Below are positions 9,273 through 19,618 of a stretch of 64,000 nt of DNA, piece by piece. Source of the DNA: Alphaproteobacteria bacterium. Its GTDB lineage: Bacteria; Pseudomonadota; Alphaproteobacteria; Bin95. Under the pieces are notes generated by a model. It searched no databases, was not told the origin of the DNA, and saw only the letters and a list, made by a program, of their open reading frames with translations. Numbering within the stretch: the first letter of the stretch is position 1; the number at the start of each line of letters is the position of its first letter. Location of the stretch: positions 1,040,051 to 1,104,050 of the forward strand of contig CAXXWS020000003.1 in assembly GCA_963665325.3 (NCBI GenBank). Direction: 5' to 3'. The position numbers were made by a program, and so were the translations under genes.

Positions 9273-10649
9273 CTACAGGTCGCCGTCTGCCTTCATCATG
9301 TCGAGGGCGCTGGCGAAGGCTTCCACGGTGGCGTCGATCTCGGCTTCGCCGTGGGTGGCGGAGATGGTACCGCCGGGCCAGCCGGTGAAATCGACGCCAT
9401 GCACATTCATCGCGAGGCGCAGCTTGTGCGCCGCGCCCGGCGCATTGCCGCGGAGCTCCTCGTAGCCACAGGCGAACGGATCGAACGTGTCCGGCGAGAC
9501 ATCCGCCCGCCCGGTGGGGTTGGTGAAGATATGGAAGACCGAGAAGGTGCCGTAGGCCGCCCACGGAACGCCGGCGGCCCGGATGGCGTCGTTCAGGCCC
9601 GCGCGCAGGCGCTCGCCCGTCGCATTGGCGCGCTCGCAGGCGCCGGTCGCATCCAGCTTCGTCAGCGCCGCAAGGCCGGCGGCCGCGGCCACCGGATTGG
9701 CGTTGTAGGTGCCCTGGTGGCCCACCTTCTCGATGCCCTTCTCGCGGGTGAGATCGAAATCGAGCCGCTCGAAGAAGTCGGCCCGCCCGACGACCGCCCC
9801 GCCCGGCAGGCCGCCCGAGACGATCTTGGCAAAGGCAGTGAGGTCCGGGCGGATGCCGTAATGGCCTTGCGCGCCGCCGGGGGACACGCGGAAGCCGGTC
9901 ACCACCTCGTCGAAGATGAGCGCCGTGCCGTTCGCGGCGGTCGCCTCGCGCAGTCCTTCGAGGAAGGCCGGAGAGGTCGGCACCATGCCGGTAGAGGAGC
10001 CGGTCGGCTCCAGGATGGCGGCGGCAATATCTCCGGCGGCGAGCGCCGCCCGCGCGCCGTCCAGATCCTCCGGATCGACCAGCACCGTGCTCTCGGCAAT
10101 GCCGGGCACGAGCCCGACGGCCGAGGAGCCGTCGAAATGCGAGTTCTGGCCGGACGCCATATGGTCGTGCCAGCCGTGAAAGTGGGTGCGCACCCGCAGG
10201 ATCTTCGCGCGCCCCGACAAGGTCCGCGCAAGGCGAAGCGCGAGCAGCGTCGCTTCCGTGCCGGAGGAGGTGAAGCGCACTTTCTCCGCCGAGGGAACCA
10301 ACGACTGGATCTTCTGCGCCCAGCGCAACTCGCCTGTATGGCTCGCGCCGAAATGCGTGCCGCAGGCGAGCGCGTCGGCGACCGCCGCCACTACATCCGG
10401 GTCGTTGTGGCCGAGCAGCAGCGCGCCGTGCCCGCCGAAATAATCGATGTATTCATTGCCATCGACATCCCATTTGCGCGGGCCCTGGGCGCGCTCGACA
10501 TAGATGCCGTAGGGCTCCAGCCGGCGGCTGTCATGGGTGATGCCGGAGGGAAATGTGCGGCAGGCCTCGTCGAACAGCTTGGCGCTGGTCGGCGTCTTTT
10601 GCCTGTAGGCGGCCAGGATGCCGGAATTGCTGAGCGGGGCGTCGGGCAT
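9273..10649 (-). CDS. Class III PLP aminotransferase (glutamate-1-semialdehyde aminomutase-like paralog)
   Basis: SSGTEAT, FHGWHD, FDEVVTGF, AFAKIVSGGLP, HQGTYNANP. Confidence 0.88.
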   Translation of the reverse strand: MPDAPLSNSGILAAYRQKTPTSAKLFDEACRTFPSGITHDSRRLEPYGIYVERAQGPRKWDVDGNEYIDYFGGHGALLLGHNDPDVVAAVADALACGTHFGASHTGELRWAQKIQSLVPSAEKVRFTSSGTEATLLALRLARTLSGRAKILRVRTHFHGWHDHMASGQNSHFDGSSAVGLVPGIAESTVLVDPEDLDGARAALAAGDIAAAILEPTGSSTGMVPTSPAFLEGLREATAANGTALIFDEVVTGFRVSPGGAQGHYGIRPDLTAFAKIVSGGLPGGAVVGRADFFERLDFDLTREKGIEKVGHQGTYNANPVAAAAGLAALTKLDATGACERANATGERLRAGLNDAIRAAGVPWAAYGTFSVFHIFTNPTGRADVSPDTFDPFACGYEELRGNAPGAAHKLRLAMNVHGVDFTGWPGGTISATHGEAEIDATVEAFASALDMMKADGDL

Positions 10650-10654
10650 GGCAG

Positions 10655-11695
10655 TCACACTCCGTCGAGTTTGTAGAAGCGCCGCGCAGTGCCGGCGAAC
10701 AGGTCGGCCTTTTCGCCGTCGGACGCGGCGGCGGCAAGTTTCTTGAAGGCATTCCACATTACAGCATAGCTGCAGGACGCCTTGTCCACGGGGAAATTGC
10801 TCTCGAACATGCAGCGCGAGGGGCCGAACGCCTCGATGCAGGTGTCGATATAGGGCTTCCACACGGCGGCGAGCGTGTCGGAGTCGGGCGCCCGGTCCTG
10901 CTTGTGGAAGTCGAACCCGTAGACCTTCATGCCGAGGCCGCCGAGCTTGACATGGACGTTTTCGCATGCCGCGATGGCCCGGATGCCGGCCTGCCAGCCG
11001 GGGAAAATCTCATCGTGCCGCCCGGCATAGGGGCCGATGCCGAGCGGTCCGCCGACATGGTTCAGCACAATCCGGGCGTTCGGGAAGGCGCTCGCCAGAC
11101 CGACGACATCCTCAAGCTGCGTGTGGTAGAGCCACGCCTCGAAGGTGAGGTCCAGCGCAGCGAGCCTGGCGAAGCCCTCGCGGAAGGCTGCATCGCGGAA
11201 GAGCCCCGGCGGCGGGTTGGTGTGGCTGTTGCGCACATCCGGGCTCGGGTCGTATCCGGCCGCGTGGCGGATGCCGCGGAAGCGCCCGTTGCCGGCGGCG
11301 ATCTCGGCCTGCAGCACGTCTTCGGCCGCGGCGCCCAGGGTGAGGTCGGCGAAGCCGACGATGCCGGCGCAGGCCGCCGTTTCTCCATAGCGTCCGGACG
11401 CGCTCATCGCGGCCGTCCCGTTGACGAACTCGACCTCTCCTACCGGCGCTTCGGCCTCGGGGCCTCCGCCCCGGTACATCGCACCGCATTCGATGAAGAC
11501 CGTCGCGCGGACATTGTGGCCGCTGCCGGTGTCTTCCAGCAGCTCGTGCAGCAGGTAGCGATGGAAGGGAAAATCCCACAGATGATGGTGCGGATCGACG
11601 ATCGGCAGGTCCGGCTCCAGAATCTCTTCCTCTGTCGTGGCGAGCCAGGCGTCGTCAATGGCGGTCATCCGCGACTCGACGGAGTTTGCAGTCAT
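10655..11695 (-). CDS. Amidohydrolase_2 family protein (L-fuconolactonase-like)
   Basis: IVDPHHHLW, LNHVGGP, MFESNFPVDK. Confidence 0.88.
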   Translation of the reverse strand: MTANSVESRMTAIDDAWLATTEEEILEPDLPIVDPHHHLWDFPFHRYLLHELLEDTGSGHNVRATVFIECGAMYRGGGPEAEAPVGEVEFVNGTAAMSASGRYGETAACAGIVGFADLTLGAAAEDVLQAEIAAGNGRFRGIRHAAGYDPSPDVRNSHTNPPPGLFRDAAFREGFARLAALDLTFEAWLYHTQLEDVVGLASAFPNARIVLNHVGGPLGIGPYAGRHDEIFPGWQAGIRAIAACENVHVKLGGLGMKVYGFDFHKQDRAPDSDTLAAVWKPYIDTCIEAFGPSRCMFESNFPVDKASCSYAVMWNAFKKLAAAASDGEKADLFAGTARRFYKLDGV

Positions 11696-12657
11696 TCCAG
11701 TCCGATCTCCTCTCTCACCCCCGGCTCCAGCGCCGCATGGAGCTTGACCAGCCGATCGTAGCACTTGGCCTGGTAGCGGAAATGCGGCTGACGGAAGCGG
11801 CGCCCCCCCAGCATGACATCGACATCGCCGGCCGCATTGGCCTTCAGGAACGGCCAGTAGACCTCGCGCGCCATCTCCAGCAGCGCGGCGACGGCGGGGC
11901 CCGGCTCCTCCCACTCGCCGTCCACGCCGGAAAGGTCGTCCGCACGGCGCACCCAGGCGTCGGTGCGCGGCGCGCGGGCGCGCATGACGGCCATCGGCGT
12001 CGGATCGATGCCGAGCGTCTTCAACTGGCCGAACAGCGCGAGATCGGCGACCGAGGGGCGCGTGCCGAACAGGAACCGCCCGTTGGCGACCGTCGTCTCG
12101 AGCGCGTCGAGGATGCGCAGATAACTCGCCTCGAAGAGCGGCGCCGCTTCCGGCGTGCAGCCGAGAAAGCCCATGCGCTCGACCTGCCGCTCCCGGAAAG
12201 GCCGGACGGCCGCGGCGAGTTCGCCGGCGTCGAGGTCGCTGCGGGCGTCGTCCATCACCCAGAGCGCGGCAAAGTCCGCATCCTCCGAGGCTCCGAAGCG
12301 ATAGTGGAAGAGGCATTTGGACAGCCATTCGTCGGCCATATCCTCGATCAGCCAGGCGAGGAAGCGGTCGCGCGAGCGCTCGGGCAGCAGCGAGCGCCCG
12401 TCCTCATGCCGGCCTTCCAGCTCTTCCAGTATGGGTGTGCTGTCGGTCCTGAGCTCGCCGTTCGGGAATTCGAGCACCGGCGTCAATTGCGGGCGGACAT
12501 GGGCGAGCGGCTCGTACATCTGCACGAAGCGGCAGACCCAGCGACAGGGCAGCCGGCGGTAGCGCAGCGCCGCCCGGAGCTTGACGGTGTAAGGCGACGC
12601 CTCCACGCCGTAGAGGATATAGGGACGCCCGCCCGGCTCGCCGTCCGTTCCGGTCAA
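11692..12657 (-). CDS. Glutathione S-transferase-like protein
   Basis: [19 protein letters not shown]...[19 protein letters not shown]; TTG start overlaps the aapP stop. Confidence 0.82.
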   Translation of the reverse strand: MTGTDGEPGGRPYILYGVEASPYTVKLRAALRYRRLPCRWVCRFVQMYEPLAHVRPQLTPVLEFPNGELRTDSTPILEELEGRHEDGRSLLPERSRDRFLAWLIEDMADEWLSKCLFHYRFGASEDADFAALWVMDDARSDLDAGELAAAVRPFRERQVERMGFLGCTPEAAPLFEASYLRILDALETTVANGRFLFGTRPSVADLALFGQLKTLGIDPTPMAVMRARAPRTDAWVRRADDLSGVDGEWEEPGPAVAALLEMAREVYWPFLKANAAGDVDVMLGGRRFRQPHFRYQAKCYDRLVKLHAALEPGVREEIGLE

Positions 12658-13445
12658 TGGGACAGAATCTGGCTAAGGAACAGCCTGGTCCGCTCCGATT
12701 GCGGATTGTTGAAGAAGGCTTCCGGCTCGTTCTGCTCCACGATCTGGCCTTCGTCCATGAATATGATGCGGTGCGCGACCTGACGGGCGAAGCCCATCTC
12801 GTGCGAGACGACCAACATGGTCATGCCGCTTTCGGCCAGATCGACCATGACGTCGAGCACTTCCTTGATCATTTCCGGGTCGAGGGCCGAGGTCGGCTCG
12901 TCGAACAGCATGATGCGCGGCTGCATGCACAGCGAGCGCGCGATCGCCACCCTCTGCTGCTGGCCGCCGGAGAGCTGCCCCGGATATTTCAGCGCCTGGT
13001 CGCCGATCTTCACCCGTTCCAGGTAGTAGCGCGCCCGTTCCTCGGCTTCCTTCTTCGGTTCGCGCCGGACCCAGATCGGCGCGAGCGTACAGTTCTCGAT
13101 CACCGAGAGGTGGGGAAAGAGGTTGAATTGCTGGAAGCACATGCCGACTTCGGAGCGGATCCGGTCGATGTTCTTGAGGTCGGAAGACAGCTCCGTGCCC
13201 TCTACGAAAATCGTGCCCGTCTGGTGGTTCTCCAGCGCGTTGATGCAGCGGATGAGCGTGGACTTGCCGGACCCGGACGGCCCGCAAACGACGATACGCT
13301 CGCCGCGAAAGACGGAAAGATTGATGTCGCGAAGGACATGGAACTCGCCGAACCACTTGTTCATGCCGGCGATCTCGATGGCGCTCTCTCCCGATGCCGT
13401 CGTGGCGCGGCGTGCTTCGTCCTGTTCGGTTGCGGCATCGGTCAT
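12654..13445 (-). CDS. aapP: General L-amino acid ABC transporter ATP-binding protein
   Basis: [27 protein letters not shown]. Confidence 0.9.
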   Translation of the reverse strand: MTDAATEQDEARRATTASGESAIEIAGMNKWFGEFHVLRDINLSVFRGERIVVCGPSGSGKSTLIRCINALENHQTGTIFVEGTELSSDLKNIDRIRSEVGMCFQQFNLFPHLSVIENCTLAPIWVRREPKKEAEERARYYLERVKIGDQALKYPGQLSGGQQQRVAIARSLCMQPRIMLFDEPTSALDPEMIKEVLDVMVDLAESGMTMLVVSHEMGFARQVAHRIIFMDEGQIVEQNEPEAFFNNPQSERTRLFLSQILSH

Positions 13446-13460
13446 GGGCCCGGCCCTTCC

Positions 13461-14774
13461 CTATCGGTGTCCGACATCGAGGTTGCGCTCCAGATACATC
13501 GAATAGCGCGACATGGCGAAACAGAAGATGAAGAAGAACAGCGCGATGAAGCCGTAAAGCTCCCACACGATGCCATTCCAGTTCTGGTCGGCGCGGATCG
13601 GCTGCAGCAGGCCCACCGGGTCCAGCAGCCCGATGATGATGACGAGGGTCGTGTCCTTGAACAGGCCGATGAAGGTGTTGACGATCCCCGGAATGGAAAT
13701 CTTGAGAGCCTGCGGCAGGATGATGAGGCGCATCGACTTCCAGTAGTCCAGCCCGAGGGAATCGGCGGCCTCGTACTGCCCTCTGGGCAGCCCCGCGAGC
13801 CCGCCGCGGATGACCTCCGCCATGTAGGCTGAGGCAAAGGCGGTCACCATGATGACCACGCGCAGGATCAGGTCGAATTCCGTGCCGGGCGGCAGGAAGT
13901 AGGAGAGCAGCAGCCAGGCGACGAACAGCAGCGTGATCAGCGGCACGCCGCGAATGAACTCGATGAACCCGACGCAAACCGCCTTGATGAGGATCAGGTT
14001 GGACTGCCGCCCGAGCGCGAGCACGATCCCGATGGGCAGCGAGCCCGCAATGCCGGAGACACCGATGATGCTGGACAGCAGGAAACCGCCGAGCCTGGCG
14101 GACTCCACCGGCTCGAGGCCGATGGCCAGCACGGCGCTCAGCGCATCCTCGAAGGCGGTTACGCCGAACAGCCACCAGAGCGCCGTGGCGAGGATTCCCG
14201 TGCCGACGGCCGCCAGGGAAGCGATCCCTTCGTCCAGTCTTCCGCCCGCAAGCCGCGGCAGGAAGCGGACACAGGCCCAGCCGATGGCGGGACCGACGAT
14301 GACGCCGACAGGTCCCCAGAGGGAGCCGCCCCAGATCAGCCAGTAAGCGAGAAGCGGATAGAGGGCGGTGAAGATGAGCAGCTTGCGCGGCGCGGAGCTG
14401 AACAGCGCGGGCCAGATCGCGACGAACAGCAGCACGAAGGTCACGACCGGCCGCCAGCGCAGATCGTCCGGATAGAACCCGAACACGAACTGCATGAAGC
14501 GTTCGTTGATGACGGCGAGACATGCGCCGTCGTCCACTTCCCGGCACCCCTGCAGCGAAGACGCGTTCCAGACCGAGTCCAGGAACAGCCAGGGCACGAC
14601 CATGGCGAGGATATAGGCGACGAACGCGAGCGACAGCAGGGTCGCGACCGAATTGAAGATGCCCGAGAACAGGTTGTCCCGCGCCCATCCGAGTGCGCCG
14701 CCCGTCCTTACGGGCGGCGGCGATGGCGGGATTTGCCGCTCGGCAACGAATGCGACGGGCCTTTCGCCGGCCAT
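13461..14774 (-). CDS. aapM: Amino acid ABC transporter permease
   Basis: IEFIRGVPLI, AYMAEVIRGG, FKDT; order within the aap/bzt operon. Confidence 0.88.
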   Translation of the reverse strand: MAGERPVAFVAERQIPPSPPPVRTGGALGWARDNLFSGIFNSVATLLSLAFVAYILAMVVPWLFLDSVWNASSLQGCREVDDGACLAVINERFMQFVFGFYPDDLRWRPVVTFVLLFVAIWPALFSSAPRKLLIFTALYPLLAYWLIWGGSLWGPVGVIVGPAIGWACVRFLPRLAGGRLDEGIASLAAVGTGILATALWWLFGVTAFEDALSAVLAIGLEPVESARLGGFLLSSIIGVSGIAGSLPIGIVLALGRQSNLILIKAVCVGFIEFIRGVPLITLLFVAWLLLSYFLPPGTEFDLILRVVIMVTAFASAYMAEVIRGGLAGLPRGQYEAADSLGLDYWKSMRLIILPQALKISIPGIVNTFIGLFKDTTLVIIIGLLDPVGLLQPIRADQNWNGIVWELYGFIALFFFIFCFAMSRYSMYLERNLDVGHR

Positions 14775-14775
14775 C

Positions 14776-15990
14776 TCAGCGCTCCTTCAGCCCGGCGCGT
14801 CGGTTGTAGGCGTTCATGGCCCCGGAAATCGTCAGCGAGGCCGCCAGGTAGAACGCCATCAGGAGCAGGATGCACTCCATCTCGCGGCCCGTCTGATTCA
14901 ACGTGATGCCGCCGAGCGTCCCGGTGGCGTCCATGTATCCGACAGCGATGGCGAGCGACGAGTTCTTGGTCAGATTGAGGAACTGGCTGATGAGCGGCGG
15001 CACGATGACGCGAAGCGCCTGAGGCAGCACGACGAGGCTCATGGTCCGCCCGGGCCTGAGGCCGAGCGCATGGGCCGCCTCCGTCTGGCCCTTGCTGATC
15101 GCGAGGATGCCGGCGCGCACGATCTCGGCGATGAAGGCGCCGGTATAGACCGAGAGCGCGAGCCACAAGCCGATCAGGCTGTCGCGCATATAGATGCCGC
15201 CCTTGAAATTGAAGCCCTTGAGGGCGGGAAGCTCCAGCGAGATCGGCGAGCCCATGGCGAAGAACGCGAGCAGGACCGGGACGGTGAGAATTGCGAGCCG
15301 GACCCGGAACACCGGTAGTATCTGGCCGGTCGCCGCCTGCCGGACCCTGGCCCAGCGGCCGAAATACCAGGCTGCGGCTAACGACAGCAGCAGCACTGCG
15401 CCAACTACTGCCGAACCCGCTTCGAAGACCGGGGCCGGGATGTAGAAGCCCCTGTTGGTGATGAAGACGCTGTCGAACAGGAAGCCGCTCATCGCGTCCT
15501 CGCCCCGGAACGACCTGATACCCGGAAGGGCTTCGTTGACGATGGCGACCGTGAACAGGATCCAGATAAGGACCGGAATGTTGCGGACCGTCTCGATATA
15601 GACCGTCATCAGCCGCGCGACGACCCAGTTCCGGGAAAGCCGGAGCACGCCGACGAAAATGCCGATGACCGTCGCGGTAATGCAGCCCATGATCGCGACG
15701 AGGATGGTGTTGATAATGCCGACAAGGGCGGCGCGCCCGTGCGTGGACGTCGAATCGTAGTCGAGCAGGTGCTGGTTGATGTCGTAGGCGGAGGTTTCGA
15801 AGATGAAACCGAAATCGATGTCCTTGCCGAGCGCCGCGAGGTTCCGGACTGCGTTGTCTATCGCCCATGCGAAGGCCAGCATGATGACGATCAGTGCAAA
15901 GATCTGAATCGTGTAGGAACGATATCTGGTGTCGTAGAGGAGCTGCCTGAGGCGAAACGGTTCCGGAGGCGGCTGCCCTGTACTGGACAT
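14776..15990 (-). CDS. aapQ: Amino acid ABC transporter permease
   Basis: AFIAEIVRAGI, LNLTKNSSLAIAVGY. Confidence 0.88.
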   Translation of the reverse strand: MSSTGQPPPEPFRLRQLLYDTRYRSYTIQIFALIVIMLAFAWAIDNAVRNLAALGKDIDFGFIFETSAYDINQHLLDYDSTSTHGRAALVGIINTILVAIMGCITATVIGIFVGVLRLSRNWVVARLMTVYIETVRNIPVLIWILFTVAIVNEALPGIRSFRGEDAMSGFLFDSVFITNRGFYIPAPVFEAGSAVVGAVLLLSLAAAWYFGRWARVRQAATGQILPVFRVRLAILTVPVLLAFFAMGSPISLELPALKGFNFKGGIYMRDSLIGLWLALSVYTGAFIAEIVRAGILAISKGQTEAAHALGLRPGRTMSLVVLPQALRVIVPPLISQFLNLTKNSSLAIAVGYMDATGTLGGITLNQTGREMECILLLMAFYLAASLTISGAMNAYNRRAGLKER

Positions 15991-16058
15991 GCGTCACAGC
16001 TCCCCGTCAAACGCGGCCGACGGCCTCGCCGTTCGAAGGCCCCCGGCCCGGGCAAAGA

Positions 16059-16086
16059 AAGGGCGCTTCCTCATGGAAGCGCCCTT
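16059..16086 (-). terminator. Hairpin downstream of aapJ
   Basis: aagggcgcttcc-tcat-ggaagcgccctt, followed by TCTTT on the minus strand. Confidence 0.6.
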
Positions 16087-16099
16087 CGCATTGTAGTGC

Positions 16100-17119
16100 T
16101 TACCGGAACGGCGGGGCGTAAAGAATGCCGCCCTTGGTCCAGAGCTGGTTCAGCCCGCGGGCCAGGCCGATAGCGGTGTTCTCACCGATATACTTCTCGA
16201 AGATCTCACCGTAGTTGCCGCCGGCCTTAATCGCGTGGACGGCCCAGTCGGCGGAGAGGCCGAGCATCTCGCCGTAGTTGCCCTCGACGCCCAGCAGGCG
16301 CTTGACCTCGGGGTCCTTGGTGTCGGCAGAGGCCATGCTGTCCACATTCGCCGCCGTGACGCCTTTCTCCTCGGCGATGATGAGACCGTTCAGCACCCAG
16401 CGCACGATGTCGCCCCAGGCATTGTCGCCGTGGCGGACCAGCGGGCCGAGCGGCTCCTTGGAGATGATTTCCGGCAGGATGATATGGTCCGCCGGGTTCT
16501 CGAAGGTGGCGCGGGTCGCGGCCAGGCCGGAAGCGTCCGTGGTGTACACGTCGCAGGCGTTCGACAGATATTTCTGCTGCGATTCGGCGTTGGTCTCGAT
16601 CGGCACCGGCTCGTAGTTCATGTTGTTGGCGCGGAAATAGTCGGCCAGGTTGAGCTCGGTGGTGGTGCCGGTCTGGATGCAGACCGTCGCGCCGTCGAGT
16701 TCGGTGGCGGACGTAACACCCATGTCCTTGCGGATCATGAAGCCCTGGCCGTCATAATAGTTGACGCCCAGGAACGAGAATTTCAGATCGACGTCCCGGC
16801 TCAGCGTCCAGGTCGTGTTCCGGTACAGCATGTCGACTTCGCCCGAGGCAAGCGCCGTGAAGCGCGTCTTGCCGGTCGTCGGCGTGAACTTGATCGCATT
16901 CGGGTCGCCGAACACGGCCGCGGCCGTCGCGCGGCAGAAGGTGACGTCGAAGCCGTCCCAATTGCCGTCGGAATCGGTGAACGCGAAGCCGGCGAGGCCG
17001 GTGGAAACGCCGCACTGAATGAAGCCCTTGGCTTTCACGTCGTCCAGCGTCGCTCCGTGGGCCCCGACGGAGAACGCCGCGGCCGCAGCAGCGGCAACCA
17101 ATGTCGTTTTCAGTTTCAT
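16100..17119 (-). CDS. aapJ: General L-amino acid-binding periplasmic protein
   Basis: RNTTWTLSRD, GATVCIQTGTTTELNL, ISKEPLGP, C-terminal YAPPFR. Confidence 0.92.
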   Translation of the reverse strand: MKLKTTLVAAAAAAAFSVGAHGATLDDVKAKGFIQCGVSTGLAGFAFTDSDGNWDGFDVTFCRATAAAVFGDPNAIKFTPTTGKTRFTALASGEVDMLYRNTTWTLSRDVDLKFSFLGVNYYDGQGFMIRKDMGVTSATELDGATVCIQTGTTTELNLADYFRANNMNYEPVPIETNAESQQKYLSNACDVYTTDASGLAATRATFENPADHIILPEIISKEPLGPLVRHGDNAWGDIVRWVLNGLIIAEEKGVTAANVDSMASADTKDPEVKRLLGVEGNYGEMLGLSADWAVHAIKAGGNYGEIFEKYIGENTAIGLARGLNQLWTKGGILYAPPFR

Positions 17120-17269
17120 GGGTTCTTGTTCTCCCGTTCGAGTTCGGTGCGCTACCGCGCGGAATTCCGGCGTGTCCCCGCTCCTTAAGGCCACTCATGA
17201 ATACCGAACGCGGACTGCGTTCGCATGATACCTGATCGGTGTGCCGCTCGGCAACAGGATTGCCCCCGG

Positions 17270-17520
17270 TGCCGTTGGCAGATGATGCGTCCGGTTTAGG
17301 TAGCAGATGGATTGTCCGGTTTGGTTTCTCCCGGAGGAGGGACCTGGATGACCCGGACGACATGGCTACAGGAACGCAGGATGGAGAAGTTTGAGGATAT
17401 GCTGGTCCGCTTTGGGTCACGGCGTCTTTCGGCGCCGGACGCGGCGAAGCGTCCGGGGATGTCGGAGCGGACGTTCCGGCGCTACCGGCGGCGCTGGGAG
17501 GAGGACGGGCTGGAAGGTCT
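17270..17520 (+). mobile_element. Truncated IS (ISNCY/IS481-like) left end plus 5' transposase HTH fragment
   Basis: Encodes MTRTTWLQERRMEKFED...MSERTFRRYRRRWEEDGLEGL and then degenerates. A near-identical end sequence occurs at 37574. Confidence 0.75.
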
Positions 17521-17613
17521 AACTTCTCTGCCTCAGCCAGGTCCTGCACTCGCTCGTAGTGCCCGGCTCCGGTACGCTATGTTGCATGGGAGCGTTGTAA
17601 CGGGGAGAGGGCG

Positions 17614-18390
17614 ATGACGGACGCTGTGCTGGTTTCGGTGGACGGCGGGGTGGGGGTGCTGACGCTCAACCGGCCCGACAAGTTCAACTGCATCTCGACC
17701 GGACTTCTGGACGGGCTCAGGGACGGCATGGACCGGTTCGAGGCCGACCCGGCGGTGCGCGCCGTGCTGCTGAATGCCAGCGGCAAGCAGTTCTGTACCG
17801 GCGCCGACCTCGACGAGGTGCTGGACCGGCGCAAATCCGCCGAAACGCTCACGCCCTTCATCGGCGCCATCCATGAGGTGACGCGCCGCTTCGAGGTCTC
17901 GCCGCTGCCCGTGGTGGCAGCGGTGCAGGGGTTGGCGCTCGCCGGCGGCATGGAGATCGTCGTCGCCTGCGACACGGTGTTCGCCGCCGAGAGCGCGCGC
18001 ATCGGCTGCCAGCACGCCCGCTACGGCCTGCCGCCGGGCGGCGGGGGCACGCAGCGGCTCGCCCGCCTCGTCGGCCTGCGCCGGGCGCTCGACCTCATGT
18101 TCACCGCCCGCTGGCTCGACTCCGCCGAGGCGGAGCGCTGGGGCCTCTTCAACCATGTCGTGCCAGACGAGGAGCTCGACGCCCGCGCGCGCGCCTATTG
18201 CGCCGACCTCGCCGCCAAGAGCCGCCACGGCCTCGCGTTCATGAAGGGCATGGCGCGGCGCGGCCTCGAAGGGCCGCTCGAAGTCGGCCTCGCGCTGGAG
18301 CGCGGCGCGGTCGTGGCCGCCCTTCAGCACAGCGACGTGGCCGAGGGCCTCGACGCCTTCCAGTCCAGGCGCGAGCCGGTCTTCCCGTAA
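17614..18390 (+). CDS. Enoyl-CoA hydratase/isomerase
   Basis: LNRPDKFN, FCTGADL, ALAGGMEI, GGGTQRL. Confidence 0.92.
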   Translation: MTDAVLVSVDGGVGVLTLNRPDKFNCISTGLLDGLRDGMDRFEADPAVRAVLLNASGKQFCTGADLDEVLDRRKSAETLTPFIGAIHEVTRRFEVSPLPVVAAVQGLALAGGMEIVVACDTVFAAESARIGCQHARYGLPPGGGGTQRLARLVGLRRALDLMFTARWLDSAEAERWGLFNHVVPDEELDARARAYCADLAAKSRHGLAFMKGMARRGLEGPLEVGLALERGAVVAALQHSDVAEGLDAFQSRREPVFP

Positions 18391-18407
18391 GCAGGAGCCT
18401 CCGTTTC

Positions 18408-19613
18408 ATGCAGCTCGAATTCACCGCCGAGGAACGCGCCTTCGCTGACGAGGTCGATGCCTTCTTCCGTGCCAACCTGGACCCCCGGCTCTCCGAGCAG
18501 GTCAAGCGCAACCCCTCCTATGTCTCCAAGGAGGACATGCGGCGCTGGCAGAAGGCGCTCTACGAGCAGGGCTGGATCGCGCCTAACTGGCCCGAGGAGC
18601 ATGGCGGCACCGGCTGGACACCGACGCAGAAGTTCATCTTCGAGGAAGCCTATCAGCGCTACTACGCGCCCCGGCTCTCGCCCTTCGGGCTGATGATGGT
18701 GGGGCCGGTGATCTACACCTTCGGCAGCGAGGAGCAGAAGGCCGAGCACCTGCCGGCGATCCTGAAGAGCGACCGCTTCTGGTGCCAGGGCTACTCCGAG
18801 CCCGGCTCCGGCTCCGACCTCGCCTCGCTGAGGACGCGCGCCGTGCGCGACGGCGACGAGTATGTCGTCAACGGCTCGAAGATCTGGACCAGCAGCGCGC
18901 ACAATGCCGACTGGATCTTCGCGCTGGTGCGCACCGACACGGAAGCCGCAAAGCAGCAGCAGGGCATCTCCTTCCTGCTGATCGACATGAAGACGCCCGG
19001 CATCGAGGTGAGCCCGATTATCTCCATGGACGGCGGGCATTATCTGAACCAGGTGTTCTTCACCGATGTGCGCGTTCCGGTTTCGAACCGCATCGGCGAG
19101 GAGAACAAGGGCTGGACCTACGCCAAGTTCCTGCTCGGCAACGAGCGCGCGGGCGTTGCCGGTGTCTCCAAGTCGCGCATGAAGGTCGACCGGCTGAAGG
19201 AGATCGCCCGCACGGAGACCGGCGCGGACGGGGGAAAGCTCGGCGAGGACCCGGCCTTCCGCGCCCGCCTCGGCGAGATCGAGGCAAGGCTCGGCGCGCT
19301 GGAGATCGTCAATCTGCGCACGCTGGCGGCGGAGGAGAAGGGCGGCGGCGTCGGGCCGGAAGCCTCGATCCTCAAGATCTGTGGCACGGAGATCGAGCAG
19401 GCGCTCAACGAAATGCTGATCGAGGCGGTCGGCGTCGATGCGGTCCCCTATTCGCTGGAATGGACCCGCCTCGACACCAATGAGGAGCCGCCCATCGCCG
19501 ACCGGTCCATCGGCCTGATGAGCGAGCATCTGCTGAAGCGGGCGGCCACGATCTACGGCGGGTCGAACGAGATCCAGCGCAACATCGTCGCCAAGCACGT
19601 GCTGGGGCTTTGA
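18408..19613 (+). CDS. Acyl-CoA dehydrogenase (PimC-like)
   Basis: WCQGYSEPGSGSDLASL, GSKIWTS, TIYGGSNEIQR. Confidence 0.92.
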   Translation: MQLEFTAEERAFADEVDAFFRANLDPRLSEQVKRNPSYVSKEDMRRWQKALYEQGWIAPNWPEEHGGTGWTPTQKFIFEEAYQRYYAPRLSPFGLMMVGPVIYTFGSEEQKAEHLPAILKSDRFWCQGYSEPGSGSDLASLRTRAVRDGDEYVVNGSKIWTSSAHNADWIFALVRTDTEAAKQQQGISFLLIDMKTPGIEVSPIISMDGGHYLNQVFFTDVRVPVSNRIGEENKGWTYAKFLLGNERAGVAGVSKSRMKVDRLKEIARTETGADGGKLGEDPAFRARLGEIEARLGALEIVNLRTLAAEEKGGGVGPEASILKICGTEIEQALNEMLIEAVGVDAVPYSLEWTRLDTNEEPPIADRSIGLMSEHLLKRAATIYGGSNEIQRNIVAKHVLGL

Positions 19614-19618
19614 GCGCG

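Noticed and set aside
9273-10649. Assigning the symbol hemL
   Set aside because: Same family, but the catabolic context and divergent motifs suggest a paralog.
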